The notes under the pieces: model-generated
What the model saw: only the letters and a program-made list of their open reading frames with translations
Database searches by the model: none
What the model was told of the DNA's origin: nothing
Shown here: positions 18,660 to 28,426 of the stretch, piece by piece
Position numbering within the stretch: the first letter of the stretch is position 1
Layout: each line of letters begins with the position of its first letter
Program-made: the position numbers and the translations under genes
Source: a virus
Lineage: Duplodnaviria; Caudoviricetes
Length of the DNA: 43,738 bases
Virus record (IMG/VR): IMGVR_UViG_3300038335_000140
Coordinates: 1 to 43,738 of that record
Reading direction: 5' to 3' (one strand)

Positions 18660-20151
18660 GCGAATCACAATTGAAGAACTACAATCCTACCTTTGGAATT
18701 CAGCAGTATTGCTTAGAACGAACATTGATGCAGGCGCTTATAAACAGTATATTTTTCCACTTCTGTTTTTTAAACGTATCAGTGATGTATACGATGAAGA
18801 GTGCCACCATATTCTTGAAGAATATGGTGGTGATGAAGAAGCTTTAGAATGGGAAGAAAATCATCGATTTATTGTTCCGGAAGGAGCTCACTGGAGTGAT
18901 GTCCGTTCTGTTTCAGAAAATGTTGGTGTAGCAATCGTGAATGCATTTCGTAAAGTAGAAAATGCAAACTCAGATAAACTACAAGGAGTTTTTGGTGATG
19001 GCGCTTGGACGAACAAAAATCGTCTTCCTGACAGATTGTTAAAGGAGCTGATTGAGCATTTTAGTACTAAAACGCTATCAATAAAGAACTGTCCTGAAGA
19101 TGAACTTGGTCAGGGTTATGAGTACCTGATAAAGAAATTCGCTGATGATAGTGGACATACTGCCCAAGAGTTTTATACCAATCGAACGGTCGTGCACTTA
19201 ATGACGGAGATGCTGAAGCCTGAATCAGGGGAATCAATCTATGATCCTACATGCGGTAGCGCAGGTATGCTGATTTCGGCAATTGCATATTTAAAAGAGC
19301 AGAAAAAAGAATGGCGCAACGTTGCTGTTTTTGGTCAAGAGATCAATGCACTAACGTCAGCAATCGGCAAGATGAACCTTTTTCTACATGGAGTAAAAGA
19401 TTTCGATATTGTAAATGGTGACACCCTAAAGGCACCAGCATTTATTGAAAAAGGGAAATTGAGACAGTTTGATTTGATTCTCGCAAATCCACCGTACTCA
19501 ATTAGCCAGTGGGACAGGGAAGCATTTGCTAGTGATAAATATGGACGTAATATTCTTGGAGTCCCTCCACAGGGTCGTGCGGACTATGCTTTCTTACAAC
19601 ATATTATAAAGAGTCTGGATGAGAAAACCGGACGTTGCGCGATTCTATTCCCACATGGAGTGCTTTTTAGAAATGAAGAAAGTTCAATGCGTGAAAGTCT
19701 CATTCGTAATGATATGCTGGAATGCATTATAGGTTTAGGTCCAAATTTGTTCTATAACTCACCGATGGAAGCTTGTATTATTATCTGTCGTATGAATAAA
19801 CAGCCAGAAAGACGAGGACAAGTATTATTCATCAATGCTGTTAAGGAAGTAGAACGTAAAAATGCACAAAGCTTTCTGGAAGATAAGCATATAAAGAAAA
19901 TAGCTAAAGCGTATAAAGAGTATAAGACGGATGATGGATTTGCTGCTGTCGTAACGATTCAGGATTTGGAAGAGAATAATTTTTCATTGAGCATTCCACT
20001 CTATGTAAAACATTCAGATCATGAATTAGAAGTAGATGAACGATCACTTCAAGAATGTTACGAGGATTGGAGAACAGCATCAGAAATTATGAAATTGCGT
20101 TATATGAAATTGAACGAAATGATCGGAAAGGGGGCTGAAGAAAATGAGTAA
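18652..20151 (+). CDS. hsdM: Second Type I methyltransferase subunit (NPPY)
   Basis: QEFYTNR, YDPTCGSAGML, LANPPYS; overlaps stop of hsdM1 (alternative ATG 18646). Confidence 0.92.
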   Translation: MSKRITIEELQSYLWNSAVLLRTNIDAGAYKQYIFPLLFFKRISDVYDEECHHILEEYGGDEEALEWEENHRFIVPEGAHWSDVRSVSENVGVAIVNAFRKVENANSDKLQGVFGDGAWTNKNRLPDRLLKELIEHFSTKTLSIKNCPEDELGQGYEYLIKKFADDSGHTAQEFYTNRTVVHLMTEMLKPESGESIYDPTCGSAGMLISAIAYLKEQKKEWRNVAVFGQEINALTSAIGKMNLFLHGVKDFDIVNGDTLKAPAFIEKGKLRQFDLILANPPYSISQWDREAFASDKYGRNILGVPPQGRADYAFLQHIIKSLDEKTGRCAILFPHGVLFRNEESSMRESLIRNDMLECIIGLGPNLFYNSPMEACIIICRMNKQPERRGQVLFINAVKEVERKNAQSFLEDKHIKKIAKAYKEYKTDDGFAAVVTIQDLEENNFSLSIPLYVKHSDHELEVDERSLQECYEDWRTASEIMKLRYMKLNEMIGKGAEENE

Positions 20152-21259
20152 AGTGTTATTGGGAGATGTTGCTAAAGAACGTAGAGAAGTGTGCAAAGGC
20201 AGCAAAGAAGGTTATCCGATTGTGGGACTTGAACATTTGATTCCAGAAGAAATAAGTTTAACCTTGTGGGATGAAGAAAAAGAAAATACATTTACGAAAT
20301 TATTTCACGAAGGCGATATTCTTTTCGGAAGAAGAAGAGCTTATCTCAAAAAAGCATCATTAGCTCCTTTTGATGGAATATGCTCAGGCGACATTACTGT
20401 AATCGAAGCAATTCCTGAAAAAATATTGCCGGAATTATTGCCGTTTATAATTCAGAACGAAGCACTGTTTGATTTTGCTGTTGGTAAGTCAGCTGGCTCT
20501 CTTTCGCCTCGTGTTAAATGGGAAAACCTAAAGAATTATGAATTTGAGCTGCCGAATATGGATAAACAACGCGAATTGTCAAAGTTATTGTGGGCCATGG
20601 AGGGGACGAAGAAAACATATAAGAAATTAATTGAGAAAACAGATGAGTTGGTGAAATCTCAATTTATCGAGTTGTTTGGTAATCCAATTACAAATGACAA
20701 AGATTGGCCAACGATGAAAATGAAAAAGGTAGCACCAGCTATGCCATACGAAGGAGATATTCCTTTAGAAAAAGGATGTCAATGGCTTCTAAATTTAGAT
20801 ATGGTTGAATCAAATACTGGGCGAATTATCCAGAAGAACATGGTGCATCCTGAAGATATAGGAAATTCAACAACTAAATTTGGGGTGGAGAATGTCTTAT
20901 ATTCTAAGTTAAGGCCCTATTTGAATAAGGTTGTTATACCTGAAGAATATGGATTTGTTACAACTGAGATGATACCATTACGACCGGACAAAAAGTATCT
21001 GACCTCTATGTTTATTTCAATGCTACTAAGAGGTGATGCGTTTGTTAATTTCATTAACTCAAAAGTAGCTGGTACAAAGATGCCACGAGTATCTATGAAT
21101 GTGTTCTGGAATATTGATGTCATTTTACCACCCATGCTATTGCAAGAACAGTTTGCAGCCTTTGTACATCAGAGCGATAAATCAAAATTTGAACTAGAAC
21201 AGGCACTAAAAGAGCTGAATGCTACCTACAAGAAGATTATTACTGAGAATCTCGGATAA
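20144..21259 (+). CDS. hsdS: Type I R-M specificity subunit (two TRDs)
   Basis: GDILFGRRRAYL TRD1, KSQFIELFG spacer, LYSKLRPYL TRD2, QEQFAAFVHQSDKSKF. Confidence 0.92.
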   Translation: MSKVLLGDVAKERREVCKGSKEGYPIVGLEHLIPEEISLTLWDEEKENTFTKLFHEGDILFGRRRAYLKKASLAPFDGICSGDITVIEAIPEKILPELLPFIIQNEALFDFAVGKSAGSLSPRVKWENLKNYEFELPNMDKQRELSKLLWAMEGTKKTYKKLIEKTDELVKSQFIELFGNPITNDKDWPTMKMKKVAPAMPYEGDIPLEKGCQWLLNLDMVESNTGRIIQKNMVHPEDIGNSTTKFGVENVLYSKLRPYLNKVVIPEEYGFVTTEMIPLRPDKKYLTSMFISMLLRGDAFVNFINSKVAGTKMPRVSMNVFWNIDVILPPMLLQEQFAAFVHQSDKSKFELEQALKELNATYKKIITENLG

Positions 21260-22845
21260 AGCTTGTAATTCCATTGGATTTCCTCCTAACTAATGTTATT
21301 ACAACTTTAAGGAGGAAATTCTATGGTAGAAAAGTTAGTTGTGGAGATTAAGCAGGAGTTATCAGCAATTTTGAACGAAAATCAGTTAGAGGAACTTGAA
21401 AAGGTACTTTTCAAGCATTTGACAAAGGTTACAATCAATAATCCGGCGCAAGAAATGAACGGTGAAAAGAAATTATTACCACTGTTCATAGCGGCAAAAA
21501 GGGTTGAAGGATGTTCAGAAAAGACACTTAGATACTATGAATCAACAATACAAAATATGTTGGATGAAGTACAGCGGCCGGAAAGAGATATTAGCACAGA
21601 GGAACTAAGGTGTTACCTTGACAGATATCAATGTAGAGGAACCGTGAGCAAGGTTACACTGGATAATGTGCGACGTATCTTATCAAGCTTCTTTTCGTGG
21701 CTTGAGGATGAAGATTATATTGTAAAAAGTCCGGTACGTAGGATTCACAAAGTGAAAACTGGCAAAACCGTAAAAGAAACATATTCAGATGAATCATTGG
21801 AGTTAATGAGAGACAACTGCGATAATACAAGAGATTTAGCCTTGATTGATCTGTTATCCTCAACAGGAATTCGTGTTGGAGAATTAGTTAAGCTCGACAT
21901 TTCAGATGTGGACTTTGAAAAAAGAGAGTGTGTCGTATCAGGTAAAGGTAATAAGCAACGAACTGTATATTTTGATGCAAGAACGAAGATCCATCTTCAA
22001 AGGTATTTGAATGAACGAACAGATGAAACTAAAGCTTTGTTTGTATCACTTTTGAAGCCGTTTTCAAGATTGCAGATTAGTGGAGTAGAAATACGATTGA
22101 GAAAAATCGGATATGAACTGAATCTAACGAAAGTGCATCCGCATAAATTTAGGCGAACACTAGCAACTATGGCAATAGATAAAGGGATGCCAATTGAACA
22201 GGTGCAGCAATTACTCGGTCATCAGAGTATTGACACAACTTTACAATATGCAATGGTGAACCAAACTAACGTAAAAAACTCGTTTAAGAAGTACATTGGT
22301 TAATTGCAATTCTCAATTTATCGAGTTGTTTGGTAATCCAATTACAAATGACAAAGATTGGCCAACGATGAAAATGAAAAAGGTAGCACCAGCTATGCCA
22401 TACGAAGGAGATATTCCTTTAGAAAAAGGATGTCAATGGCTTCTAAATTTAGATATGGTTGAATCAAATACTGGGCGAATTATCCAGAAGAACATGGTGC
22501 ATCCTGAAGATATAGGAAATTCAACAACTAAATTTGGGGTGGAGAATGTCTTATATTCTAAGTTAAGGCCCTATTTGAATAAGGTTGTTATACCTGAAGA
22601 ATATGGATTTGTTACAACTGAGATGATACCATTACGACCGGACAAAAAGTATCTGACCTCTATGTTTATTTCAATGCTACTAAGAGGTGATGCGTTTGTT
22701 AATTTCATTAACTCAAAAGTAGCTGGTACAAAGATGCCACGAGTATCTATGAATGTGTTCTGGAATATTGATGTCATTTTACCACCCATGCTATTGCAAG
22801 AACAGTTTGCAGCCTTTGTACATCAGAGCGATAAATCAAAATTTG
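20657..22845 (+). repeat. 535-bp direct repeat of hsdS TRD2 (20657-21191 and 22311-22845) flanking the integrase
   Basis: Same start (TCTCAATTTATCGAG) and end (GATAAATCAAAATTTG), offset 1654; identical translations on both strands. Confidence 0.95.
21323..22303 (+). CDS. Tyrosine recombinase/integrase (R-M shufflon type)
   Basis: STGIRVGE, GKGNKQR, HPHKFRRT, LLGHQSIDTTLQY catalytic residues. Confidence 0.93.
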   Translation: MVEKLVVEIKQELSAILNENQLEELEKVLFKHLTKVTINNPAQEMNGEKKLLPLFIAAKRVEGCSEKTLRYYESTIQNMLDEVQRPERDISTEELRCYLDRYQCRGTVSKVTLDNVRRILSSFFSWLEDEDYIVKSPVRRIHKVKTGKTVKETYSDESLELMRDNCDNTRDLALIDLLSSTGIRVGELVKLDISDVDFEKRECVVSGKGNKQRTVYFDARTKIHLQRYLNERTDETKALFVSLLKPFSRLQISGVEIRLRKIGYELNLTKVHPHKFRRTLATMAIDKGMPIEQVQQLLGHQSIDTTLQYAMVNQTNVKNSFKKYIG

Positions 22846-22904
22846 TACTTCACACGAAGGAATTGAAAATAAAAAGGGTTATAACGAATGGAGGGAAACT
22901 TTAA
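22311..22904 (+). pseudogene. hsdS: Silent half-hsdS (single TRD) cassette
   Basis: Copy of TRD2 without a convincing SD/start; diverges after DKSKF. Confidence 0.8.
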
Positions 22905-25813
22905 TGTTTAATGAAGACAACACGATTGAACAAATGATGCTAACAACACTTCAGAGTAACGGCTGGAAATTCATTCATTCCGATGAACTGCCAAGGGATT
23001 ACTCTGATGTTCTTGTTGAGCCAATGATTAAGGAGGCGTTGATTAGGCTTAATCCAGAAATAGCAATTGAACCATCGCGAGCTGATGAAGTGATTTATAG
23101 GCTAAGAACCATCATTTTAACGGTTCAATCTCATAATCTGGTAACACAGAATGAACTGTTCAAGAAGATGATTTTTGAGGAAAATTCATACCCATTTGGT
23201 AAAGATGGACGTATGATACCAATTCGCTTTTTTGGAACCATTTCAAAAGCGGACTTAGCGCTAAATGAATATGTCGTAACAAATCAATGGGTATACCCGC
23301 AGAAAGAAAATGGTAAAAGATTGGACATCGTGTTGCTGATTAACGGTTTCCCAGTTGCCATTGGTGAGTTGAAAACGCCGGTTCGTAATGCGATTACATG
23401 GTTGGACGCTGCAGGAGACATAGCTGCTTATGAAAAGAGCATTCCAGGAATGTTTGTAACAAATGTCTTCAATTTTGCGAGTGAAGGAAAATGCTACAGA
23501 TACGGCTCGGTGTGCATGCCGATAGGTATGTGGGGACCCTGGCATACACCTGATCATAAATCTGAAGGTAGTCTTGCGGATGTAAACATTAGCGTTAAAG
23601 ATATGATTACACCGGAAAAAGTAATGGATATTTTTCAGTTCTTCACAGTGTTTGCTACTGATAAGAAATATCGCAAATACAAGGTAATCTGCCGTTATCA
23701 GCAATATGAAGGGGCAAACCTGATTGTAGAGCGTGTAAAGGCTGGATATCCAAAGCAAGGTTTGATATGGCATTTTCAAGGCTCAGGTAAATCACTACTA
23801 ATGGTTTTTGCAGCGCAAAAGCTACGTATGATTTCAGAACTGAACAATCCAACAGTCGTTATTGTTGATGATCGTATTGACCTTGAAACTCAAATCACTG
23901 CGACCTTTAATGCGTCGGATATTCCAAATCTAATTAGCTTAAGTTCGAAAGATGAATTGGAAGCATTCTTTTTAGGTGATCAAAGAAAGATCGCCATTAC
24001 AACAATCTTCAAATTTGGAGATATTGAAAAGGAATTAAATCGTAGAGACAATATCATTCTGATGGTGGATGAGGCTCATAGGACCCAAGAAGGTGATCTT
24101 GGTAGCAAGATGAGACTTGCGTTACCAAATGCATTCTTCTTTGGCCTCACAGGTACACCGATTAATCGTATTGACAGAAATACGTTTAATACCTTCGGTG
24201 CAGTTGAAGATAAAAGTGGTTATATGAGTAAGTACTCATTCTCTGATTCTATTCGTGATAATGCAACGCTTCCTTTGAACTTTGAACCAGTACCGGTGGA
24301 TCTGCATGTTGATAGAGAAAAATTGGATGCTGAATTTGATGTCTTAACTGAAAATCTATCAAAAGAAGATAAAGCAGAGTTGTCCAAAAGAGTCAATATG
24401 AAAGCGATTATGTATGACCGTAAAAGGATCAGAAAGGTTTGCGAACATATTACCAAACACTATCAGGAAAAAATCGAGCCAAATGGCTACAAAGGGCAAG
24501 TGGTCTGCTATGACAGAGAGTGCTGTCTTATGTACAAAGAAGAGCTTGATAAGTTGCTTGGAGCAGATGCCACAACAATCGTTATGGATACCAACAATGA
24601 TAAAGAAGATAAATACAAAGCATTTAGACGGGATCGCGATGTAGAAGGTAAGGTTCTTGATAGATTCAGAGAACCTAGTGATCCACTAAAGCTTGTAATT
24701 GTCACCTCAAAGCTCCTCACTGGATTTGATGCACCGATTCTGCAGGCAATGTATCTCGATAAGCCAATGAAAGATCACAACCTATTACAGGCTATTTGTC
24801 GTACCAACAGAACATATGATGAAGGAAAGACCCACGGTTTGATCGTTGATTATATTGGGATATTTGACAATGTAGCTACAGCATTGGATTTTGATGAATC
24901 CAGTATGAAAAAAGTTATTTCAAATATCGAAGAGGTTAAAAAGCAAATACCAGCTCTTATGCGCAAGTGCCTGAGTTATTTTATGGGAGTAGATCGTACT
25001 ATCGGTGGTTGGGAAGGATTGATAGTAGCGCAAGAATGCCTGCCAAACAACAAAGTTAAAGATGAGTTTGGTGCAGACTATAAGGTTCTAAATAGAGCTT
25101 GGGATGCCATTTCACCGGATCCATTTTTAAATGCTATGAAGTACGATTTTCAATGGCTTACTAGAGTATTCGAATCGGTCAAACCGACAGATGGAAGAGG
25201 TGGATTGATTTGGGCTACTCTTGGTGCGAAGACACTTGAGCTTGTTCATGAAAATCTTCAGGTTGGAGAGGTTCATGATGACATGGAAATTCTTACAATG
25301 GATGCGGATTTGATTGATGAGTTCATTGAAAAGCAAAAGGACCTAAGAAAGACAACAATAAAAGTTGAAATCGATTTGGTCGCCAAAATCCGTAAACACA
25401 GCAATGATGTTAAGTTTGTTAAGTTGGGTGAAAAACTTGAGATTCTCCGCGAGAAACACGAACAAGGGCTGATCACCAGCATCGAATTCCTAAAATTACT
25501 GTTGGAACTGGCTCGTGAAGTTGCTGAAGCAGAAAAAGAAGTTGTACCTGAGGAAGAACTTGATAAGGGTAAAGCTGCATTAACAGAGCTTTTTGATGGT
25601 GTTAGAAATTCAAAGACTCCAGTAATTGTAGAACGGATTGTTGCTGATATCGATGATATCGTCAAAATAGTGCGTTTTGATGGATGGCAGAGTACTACGG
25701 CGGGTAAGCAGGAAGTCAAAAAAGCTCTAAGGAGCGTTGTCTGGATCAAGTATAAAATCAAAGACAAGGAAGTTTTTGACAAGGCATATAGGTACATCGA
25801 GCAGTATTATTAA
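22904..25813 (+). CDS. hsdR: Type I restriction endonuclease subunit R
   Basis: RLDIVLLING..GELK nuclease motif, WHFQGSGKS, VDEAHR, GLTGTP, QAICRTNR. Confidence 0.95.
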   Translation: MFNEDNTIEQMMLTTLQSNGWKFIHSDELPRDYSDVLVEPMIKEALIRLNPEIAIEPSRADEVIYRLRTIILTVQSHNLVTQNELFKKMIFEENSYPFGKDGRMIPIRFFGTISKADLALNEYVVTNQWVYPQKENGKRLDIVLLINGFPVAIGELKTPVRNAITWLDAAGDIAAYEKSIPGMFVTNVFNFASEGKCYRYGSVCMPIGMWGPWHTPDHKSEGSLADVNISVKDMITPEKVMDIFQFFTVFATDKKYRKYKVICRYQQYEGANLIVERVKAGYPKQGLIWHFQGSGKSLLMVFAAQKLRMISELNNPTVVIVDDRIDLETQITATFNASDIPNLISLSSKDELEAFFLGDQRKIAITTIFKFGDIEKELNRRDNIILMVDEAHRTQEGDLGSKMRLALPNAFFFGLTGTPINRIDRNTFNTFGAVEDKSGYMSKYSFSDSIRDNATLPLNFEPVPVDLHVDREKLDAEFDVLTENLSKEDKAELSKRVNMKAIMYDRKRIRKVCEHITKHYQEKIEPNGYKGQVVCYDRECCLMYKEELDKLLGADATTIVMDTNNDKEDKYKAFRRDRDVEGKVLDRFREPSDPLKLVIVTSKLLTGFDAPILQAMYLDKPMKDHNLLQAICRTNRTYDEGKTHGLIVDYIGIFDNVATALDFDESSMKKVISNIEEVKKQIPALMRKCLSYFMGVDRTIGGWEGLIVAQECLPNNKVKDEFGADYKVLNRAWDAISPDPFLNAMKYDFQWLTRVFESVKPTDGRGGLIWATLGAKTLELVHENLQVGEVHDDMEILTMDADLIDEFIEKQKDLRKTTIKVEIDLVAKIRKHSNDVKFVKLGEKLEILREKHEQGLITSIEFLKLLLELAREVAEAEKEVVPEEELDKGKAALTELFDGVRNSKTPVIVERIVADIDDIVKIVRFDGWQSTTAGKQEVKKALRSVVWIKYKIKDKEVFDKAYRYIEQYY

Positions 25814-25874
25814 GAATTACTGCAGCGCTTGGAATAATACAAAAATTATCAAGTGGAAAGAGAGGTATTTTTGG

Positions 25875-26096
25875 ATGGCAGATATTAAGTTTGAAATTAA
25901 AGAGAGCATTGGCATTTTGGCCGAATCAGCTAAAGGTTGGACGAAGGAACTTAATCTCGTGAGCTGGAATGATAAAGAACCTAAATTCGATTTGAGAGAA
26001 TGGGATCCGAGTCATGAAAAAATGGGTAAGGGCATGACGCTCACTAGAGAAGAAATCATAAAATTGAAAGAATTGTTAAATAGTTTGGATATCTAA
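25875..26096 (+). CDS. YdbC/PC4-like single-stranded nucleic-acid-binding protein
   Basis: GWTKELNLVSWN..KFDLREW..KMGKGMTL signature; start moved to ATG 25875. Confidence 0.88.
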   Translation: MADIKFEIKESIGILAESAKGWTKELNLVSWNDKEPKFDLREWDPSHEKMGKGMTLTREEIIKLKELLNSLDI

Positions 26097-26157
26097 ATGT
26101 AGTGAACCAACGCTGGATTATTGATTTAGCGAATAACAGATGAAATGGGGGTATAGC

Positions 26158-28425
26158 ATGCAAAATCTTTACATAGGTAAATTTACAAAAAATGACCAAT
26201 ACGAAGGGAACTTTTATCAGGTTGGAAGTGACCGCGAAATGTCGTGGTTTAATGGCCTGAAGGAAGACGATTACGTCTTGCCAAGTCATAATGGATATTT
26301 TGGGAAGCTGCTCAGATGTACAGGATTTCAAAACACATCAGATGGAGGCATTAAGGCTGTCTTTGAGGAAATAAAATCATTTTCACCAGAATTGACGTTG
26401 ACAGGGAATATTGTCTGTTGTAAATACTTTTCTCCTGATATGAACCTTCTAAACAAGGTCGTTAAATCAACAAAAGGATATGGATTTCATAAAATCGAGC
26501 TTGAAGAAAACTGTCCAAGTCTTGATTCCATAGACTTTGATAAATCTCAGAGAAGATTTCTAGTCGTATTAAAAGAGATGATATCAGTGACAAGCTTTTT
26601 TAAGCCGTCAGACATTTGCGTTGTCATCAATTCATTAAACGAAACTGACATTGAAGATATTCTTGAGTTTAACGGACAGAAATTCGAGCGACATAACGTT
26701 TTATGGGATCTCTATCAGGACAAAATTGAAGGTGGTACGAAGAAATACACTCTCCATCAACTCCTAGATTATGCAGATGCAAAAAAAGATGCAGCACCTA
26801 AAAAGGAAAAATATCTCAGTGCTGTAATTTCTACACTTGAATCTGATAAATACTTCGTTTCAGATAGTGCAGTATCTTTGTATGACAATATCATTGTTGG
26901 GCGAAAACGATATACTTCAAAAGATGTGACTACTACTGGTGAGGAAAATACTGATATCGGAGATGTGGATGAAGATGAATTTGATGAGACTCTGACAGCT
27001 TATAGTCAGTATGCGAAATTGATGGAATTTAATCCCAATCTGATTTTATACGGACCACCGGGAACAGGAAAAACATATGGAGCTATGCGTATCATCGAGG
27101 CATTTGAATCGATTAAAGGTAATCCTGCAACCTTTAAAACGGTAAGGGAAGAAGGGCGTGTAAGTTTTATTACCTTTCACCAAGCATTTTCTTATGAAGA
27201 ATTTGTTGAGGGCTTACGACCAGAAACAGATGAAAATGGAAATATCCGATATGAGATTAAGCCTGGTGTGCTTAGAAGAATTGCTGATGAATGTAAAATC
27301 CAAGAACGCAAAAAACATATAAAAGATGATGTCCTTGCTGATACCACTGGTGACAGTAAAGTATGGAAAATTTCCCTTGGACGTAAAAACATCGATGAAA
27401 ATATTTACAATGAATTGAAGGCAAAAGAAGAAATCGCTATTGGATTTGGACCGGAAGAAAGCGTTATGGATTGGACGGATGAGCAAATCGACAATGCTGA
27501 TAAATCAGGGATGTTAAAAGTGCTCCGAAGTAAAGTGCAAATCGGCGATATTGTGTTTGTGTTTAATAGTATAAAAACTATTCGACTTATAGGTGTTGTT
27601 GTTTCCGATTATTTTTATTCGGACGTGGATTCTTTTGGTTATGGGCATAGGCGGAAAGTGAAATGGATTAAAGACTGCGAAATGAATCCAGTTGATATCT
27701 ATAAATTAAACCAAGAGAAGCAATTGACGCAGTCATCACTTTATGAGCTGAAGATTAATTCGGCGGATGCATTGAAGCTTGTTGAAGGTAAAGAAGATGC
27801 TTCGGTACAATCCAAACCGTATTATTTGATTATTGATGAAATCAATAGAGGTAATATTGCCAAAATATTTGGTGAACTCATAACCTTGATAGAAAAGGAC
27901 AAACGCGATACATTATCATGCTTATTGCCTTATTCAGGGCAAGAGTTTTCATTACCTAAGAACCTTTATGTAATTGGTACGATGAATACGAGTGACAGGT
28001 CCATTGCATTACTAGACACCGCATTGAGAAGAAGATTTGCCTTTATCGAAGTGGCGCCAGACGTAGCTTTAGTTGAAAGCAGAACACCAACTATTGGTGG
28101 AAATGTTTCGCCGGCAAAGCTTATGTACGCAATCAATGAAAAGATTACTGAAAAAATAGATCGTGATCACAAAATCGGACATAGCTACTTTATAGGTGAC
28201 GATTTGATCTCGAAAATGGATCTATATCACACTTGGTATTACAAGATTTTACCGTTACTCATGGAATATTTTTATAACGAGATTTCTCAAGTGGCTGAGA
28301 TAGTCGGCGAACGCTTTTTTGACAAGAAGACTGGTGAAATCGTAATGCTGAGATTAAGAGCAAATGAAGCCGGTATATCCGAATTTGAAAGCGCATTAAT
28401 GAAGATATACGAGAAAGGAATATAG
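26158..28425 (+). CDS. mcrB: McrB-family AAA+ GTPase with unknown N-terminal domain and an internal insertion
   Basis: GPPGTGKT, ITFHQAFSYEEFVEG, IIDEINRG, MNTSDRS, ALRRRF (alternative start 26140). Confidence 0.9.
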   Translation: MQNLYIGKFTKNDQYEGNFYQVGSDREMSWFNGLKEDDYVLPSHNGYFGKLLRCTGFQNTSDGGIKAVFEEIKSFSPELTLTGNIVCCKYFSPDMNLLNKVVKSTKGYGFHKIELEENCPSLDSIDFDKSQRRFLVVLKEMISVTSFFKPSDICVVINSLNETDIEDILEFNGQKFERHNVLWDLYQDKIEGGTKKYTLHQLLDYADAKKDAAPKKEKYLSAVISTLESDKYFVSDSAVSLYDNIIVGRKRYTSKDVTTTGEENTDIGDVDEDEFDETLTAYSQYAKLMEFNPNLILYGPPGTGKTYGAMRIIEAFESIKGNPATFKTVREEGRVSFITFHQAFSYEEFVEGLRPETDENGNIRYEIKPGVLRRIADECKIQERKKHIKDDVLADTTGDSKVWKISLGRKNIDENIYNELKAKEEIAIGFGPEESVMDWTDEQIDNADKSGMLKVLRSKVQIGDIVFVFNSIKTIRLIGVVVSDYFYSDVDSFGYGHRRKVKWIKDCEMNPVDIYKLNQEKQLTQSSLYELKINSADALKLVEGKEDASVQSKPYYLIIDEINRGNIAKIFGELITLIEKDKRDTLSCLLPYSGQEFSLPKNLYVIGTMNTSDRSIALLDTALRRRFAFIEVAPDVALVESRTPTIGGNVSPAKLMYAINEKITEKIDRDHKIGHSYFIGDDLISKMDLYHTWYYKILPLLMEYFYNEISQVAEIVGERFFDKKTGEIVMLRLRANEAGISEFESALMKIYEKGI

Positions 28426-28426
28426 T

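Noticed and set aside
22296-22904. Independent 202-aa hsdS gene as called in the ORF track
   Set aside because: TTG start inside the integrase end without an SD; treated as a silent cassette
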